Assembly: GCA_019704295.1 (NCBI GenBank)
Contig: AP024596.1
Span: 1,120,001-1,184,000, forward strand
From: Sulfolobales archaeon HS-7
GTDB lineage: Archaea; Thermoproteota; Thermoprotei_A; Sulfolobales; Sulfolobaceae
Length of the DNA stretch: 64,000 nucleotides
Direction of reading: 5' to 3'
Of this stretch, positions 61,371 through 64,000 are shown one piece after another (the stretch's first letter is position 1; the number at the start of each line of letters is the position of its first letter). The notes below the pieces were generated by a model. The model saw nothing but the letters and a program-made list of their open reading frames with translations, did not search any database and was not told the DNA's origin. The translations under genes were made by a program, and so were the position numbers.

Positions 61371-62045
61371 ATGAGTGAAAAGATCGTCAACGACGTCATT
61401 AATAATCCTCGGCTCTTGTCGTCGTTGGCTGAAAAAGTCTATGAAAGGCTTAGGGATGACGTGATCATAAAGAAGCTAGAGGAGAATAGTGAAGCGATTA
61501 AGTCCATGCAAGAGGAGGTAAAGAAGCACGGTGAGGCCATTGAGAAGCTAGAGCAGGCAGTTATCAAGCAAGGGGAGGCAATACAAAAGCTCCAACTTAC
61601 AGTAGACGAGCACAGTAAGGCCATCAAGAGGTTAGGGTGGGAGATTAAGAGGTTATCAGTTGAGGTCGGTAGTTTTACAAATAGGGCCGGGAAGGGGATG
61701 GAGAAGACTATGCTCAAACTTTATAAGAAGGCTTTACAGCTCCATGATGTCGACCCGACTAAAGTACAGCATGGTCTAATAGTCGATGACGTCGGTATCA
61801 TAGAAAAGGGCAAGGCTTTTGAGGTAGACTTTTATGAGACAAACGATTACGTCTATGTATTTGAGATCAAAAATTTTGCAGATGAGGGGGCGTTAGAACA
61901 GATTATCATTAGGAAGAAGCTCTTCTCTGCAAAGTATAAGGATAAGAAGTTGAAATTGTTCTTAATTGCTAACTTTGTCGATAAGAAGGTCAGAAAACCG
62001 TTAAAAGAAGAGGGCGTGGAAATTATAGCCTCCCACGTGGTATGA
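61371..62045 (+). CDS. Coiled-coil protein with C-terminal PD-(D/E)XK nuclease-like domain
   Basis: 14-aa repeats (NSEAIKS/HGEAIEK/QGEAIQK/HSKAIKR), then EVDF...FEIK. Confidence 0.8.
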   Translation: MSEKIVNDVINNPRLLSSLAEKVYERLRDDVIIKKLEENSEAIKSMQEEVKKHGEAIEKLEQAVIKQGEAIQKLQLTVDEHSKAIKRLGWEIKRLSVEVGSFTNRAGKGMEKTMLKLYKKALQLHDVDPTKVQHGLIVDDVGIIEKGKAFEVDFYETNDYVYVFEIKNFADEGALEQIIIRKKLFSAKYKDKKLKLFLIANFVDKKVRKPLKEEGVEIIASHVV

Positions 62046-62388
62046 GTTAAGGGCTGAACGATACAAAAACGAGTAGTATATGACACTGAATTGTGGTACA
62101 ATGAGTGTTAATCTCACATTTTCAGCCAGCCCTGTCAATACATGCCGAACCCTAACTGCCCTGTTCTTCTCTCATAACGCCGGTAATAATAAAGAGTACG
62201 ACTTCCATCATAATTAGTAGTTACTTTTCGTAGCCACTAGTATTTCCAGCATCATCACTCCATCTCCCTCCTCGTGCCTAGGTATCGATAAAACAATCTC
62301 ATTTTTGAACCGCTCATTATAATTTTAACTCTTTTTAAATTATCAAAGGAGTAGGCAAATGAATAAAGTAAATTTACCCCTGAGGTAG

Positions 62389-62665
62389 GAGTGTTCTCAT
62401 GCAGTCTCCTATTCGATATTTATATGTAAAATTATATTAGTAATGCGATATATCGTATTCACCTAGAATAGCCCCTCAATAGCATTAGCCACCTAAAAAA
62501 TCACTGTGCCAACAATGTTCAGTAAAGCACCGCTTAATCAACCATCAACCTTATACCTTCTCACTAAATTGGTTAACGAGTTTAATTACCGTTAAAGAAG
62601 TCGTTTCTAATCAAGTAGTAATTTCACTACAACTTATCGAATAAGATGACTGTATGAGAACACTC
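62389..62665. mobile_element. 277-bp MITE with ISH3-like TIRs
   Basis: GAGTGTTCTCATGCAGTC...TATTCGAT at the left end; ATCGAATAAGATGACTGTATGAGAACACTC at the right end. Confidence 0.7.
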
Positions 62666-62788
62666 CTCGAGGGTTCCGAGGTCCACGGTACTCGCCTAAA
62701 GAACCTCGAGGCCCTCGCACATAAGTCTTTTCTAAGTCCAGTTTATCCTTAAGTTTTCGAGTGTATAGGCTGAAGAAACTAGAACAGT

Positions 62789-62866
62789 CGTTAAAGAAGT
62801 AATTTTTTCGTTATACTAATATTTTTACTGTCAACTATAGAATAAGATGACTGCATGAGAACACTC
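62789..62866. repeat. Isolated end of the same ISH3-like element
   Basis: CGTTAAAGAAGT...GAATAAGATGACTGCATGAGAACACTC. Confidence 0.7.
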
Positions 62867-62868
62867 CC

Positions 62869-62994
62869 AACACTCCACCGGAAACACTCTATTCGGAATA
62901 CGACGCACAACAATCGATCATGATGGCAGAGGAAATACTGGATTACTAAAAGAAACTGTTTGACGAGAAAAGGAGCAAGTGGCTGGAGACATGA
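62869..62994 (+). pseudogene. HEPN gene 3' remnant
   Basis: NTPPETLYSEYDAQQSIMMAEEILDY*KKLFDEK resembles the C-terminus of 58401-58832 (IPPSELYNEDYCVKAMEAA); abuts a TIR. Confidence 0.7.
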
Positions 62995-63181
62995 TTTGAT
63001 CTGCCTTTTAGACCTGCGTATTTCATTATTCCATTTTTATTAATAATGATACTTTGACTACTCTAAAAACTAAATCGTCCTTGGTCAAGGTCCCACAGGA
63101 GAATTCGTGCAGAGGAAGAGAAGTTACAGGACTTAAGACCACTTGCTATTACTCGGACTTTTATGGGCGTAACCAGTTTAG

Positions 63182-63334
63182 CAGTGTTCTCATACAGTCA
63201 TCTTATTCGATAAGTTGTAGTGAAATTACTACTTGATCAGGATGCCTTCTTTTAACGATAATTAACCTCGTTAACCAATTTAGTGGGAAAGGTATAGGGT
63301 TATAAGGTGTTAACTAATGCCTTACTGGACATTG
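63182..63334. repeat. Inverted ~150-bp copy of the ISH3-like MITE right half
   Basis: Reverse complement aligns with 62513-62664; 63183-63237 is a perfect 55-bp inverted repeat of 62610-62664. Confidence 0.85.
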
Positions 63335-63344
63335 CTTGCTTTTT

Positions 63345-64000
63345 CTAAGGATTTTGGAACCCTAACATCCACTTCCACCCCTTCAAGATTTTTATACCGT
63401 AAGCCTCCTTCTCCTCATCATCGAAAGTTATGATGTAGGCGGGAATCCTCTTTCTTCTCAAAACTTCCTTTAGTCCCTTGATTTCCCTTTCGTCATTTAA
63501 GGTGAAAGTAGCCTGATATGCCTCTTTTATCTCGTTACCTTGACGAATTATGAAATCAACTTCGTTCTTTCCTCGATAATAAAATATGGAATCTCCGCCA
63601 TACCTTCTCCTAAGTTCCAGATAGACCGCGTTCTCAAGAAGAGAGCCTAAGCTTTCGTTAAGCCTGTATCCTACTACGTTTGACAGTCCCTGATCTACGG
63701 AATATACTTTCTTCTCTCCCCTCATCATTTCCGAGAAAGACGGAGACAATGCTGGTACTAGATAAATCAGGATAGAGTCCTGTATACAAGAAGTAAACCT
63801 TTCAATCGTCCTGAGGGGTATTCTCAAAGAGCGAGAGAGCCTTCTAAAGGAGATCCTATTTCCTATGTTAGATATGTAAAATAGCGTTAAGATCTTCATT
63901 TTTTCCGAGTTTCTTACTTTACAGTTCTCTATAACGTCTCGCGTCAAAATATCATTATAAAGCTCAAGTAGGATCTTGTCCTTCAAGTTACTGTTAACTA
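63345..64000 (-). CDS. AAA ATPase with DUF4143 (C-terminal part, 5' end beyond window)
   Basis: ILTRDVIE, KVYSVDQG, LLENAVYLEL, EVDF; frame open to the window edge. Confidence 0.9.
   Translation of the reverse strand, partial: VNSNLKDKILLELYNDILTRDVIENCKVRNSEKMKILTLFYISNIGNRISFRRLSRSLRIPLRTIERFTSCIQDSILIYLVPALSPSFSEMMRGEKKVYSVDQGLSNVVGYRLNESLGSLLENAVYLELRRRYGGDSIFYYRGKNEVDFIIRQGNEIKEAYQATFTLNDEREIKGLKEVLRRKRIPAYIITFDDEEKEAYGIKILKGWKWMLGFQNP

Noticed and set aside
62100-62320. Possible PIN-toxin remnant on the minus strand
   Set aside because: Only an IDT triplet after an assumed frameshift; too weak.
62389-63237. Repeated 28-bp motif as a CRISPR array
   Set aside because: Copies are in both orientations with spacing of roughly 200-320 bp; this fits IS/MITE TIRs, not repeat-spacer periodicity.

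Overview
Chromosomal segment of a thermoacidophilic archaeon of the order Sulfolobales, inferred from Hel308, ArnA/ArnB/PP2A, type V SQR, MalA, Crn1, FoxG/H-like and PaREP1 genes. About 55 protein genes cover DNA repair (family-4 UDG, Hel308, ExoIII, a second NurA-HerA pair), signalling (a coupled arnA-PP2A-arnB-GH15 operon), a CBS4-HPF ribosome hibernation factor, sugar and anion ABC transporters, sulfur/redox enzymes and a stand-alone cOA ring nuclease. From about 55 kb there is a toxin-antitoxin/ATPase island (HEPN-MNT pairs, archaeal ATPases, a coiled-coil PD-(D/E)XK protein). A box C/D sRNA precedes udg. I found no CRISPR array, tRNA, rRNA or intact transposase/tnpB gene. The intergenic spaces are full of non-autonomous elements: (i) several families of internally deleted IS200/IS605/IS607 mini-elements that keep the left end, often a promoter, and the tnpB 3' omegaRNA-like segment, some in 2-3 copies with a shared deletion junction; (ii) a ~160-bp MITE with IS1-like terminal inverted repeats (TIRs; 4 full copies, 1 partial); (iii) an ISH3-like MITE cluster at 62.4-63.3 kb. 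Several genes are frameshifted or have lost their start codon. All family assignments come from motif recognition by eye; no database search was run.
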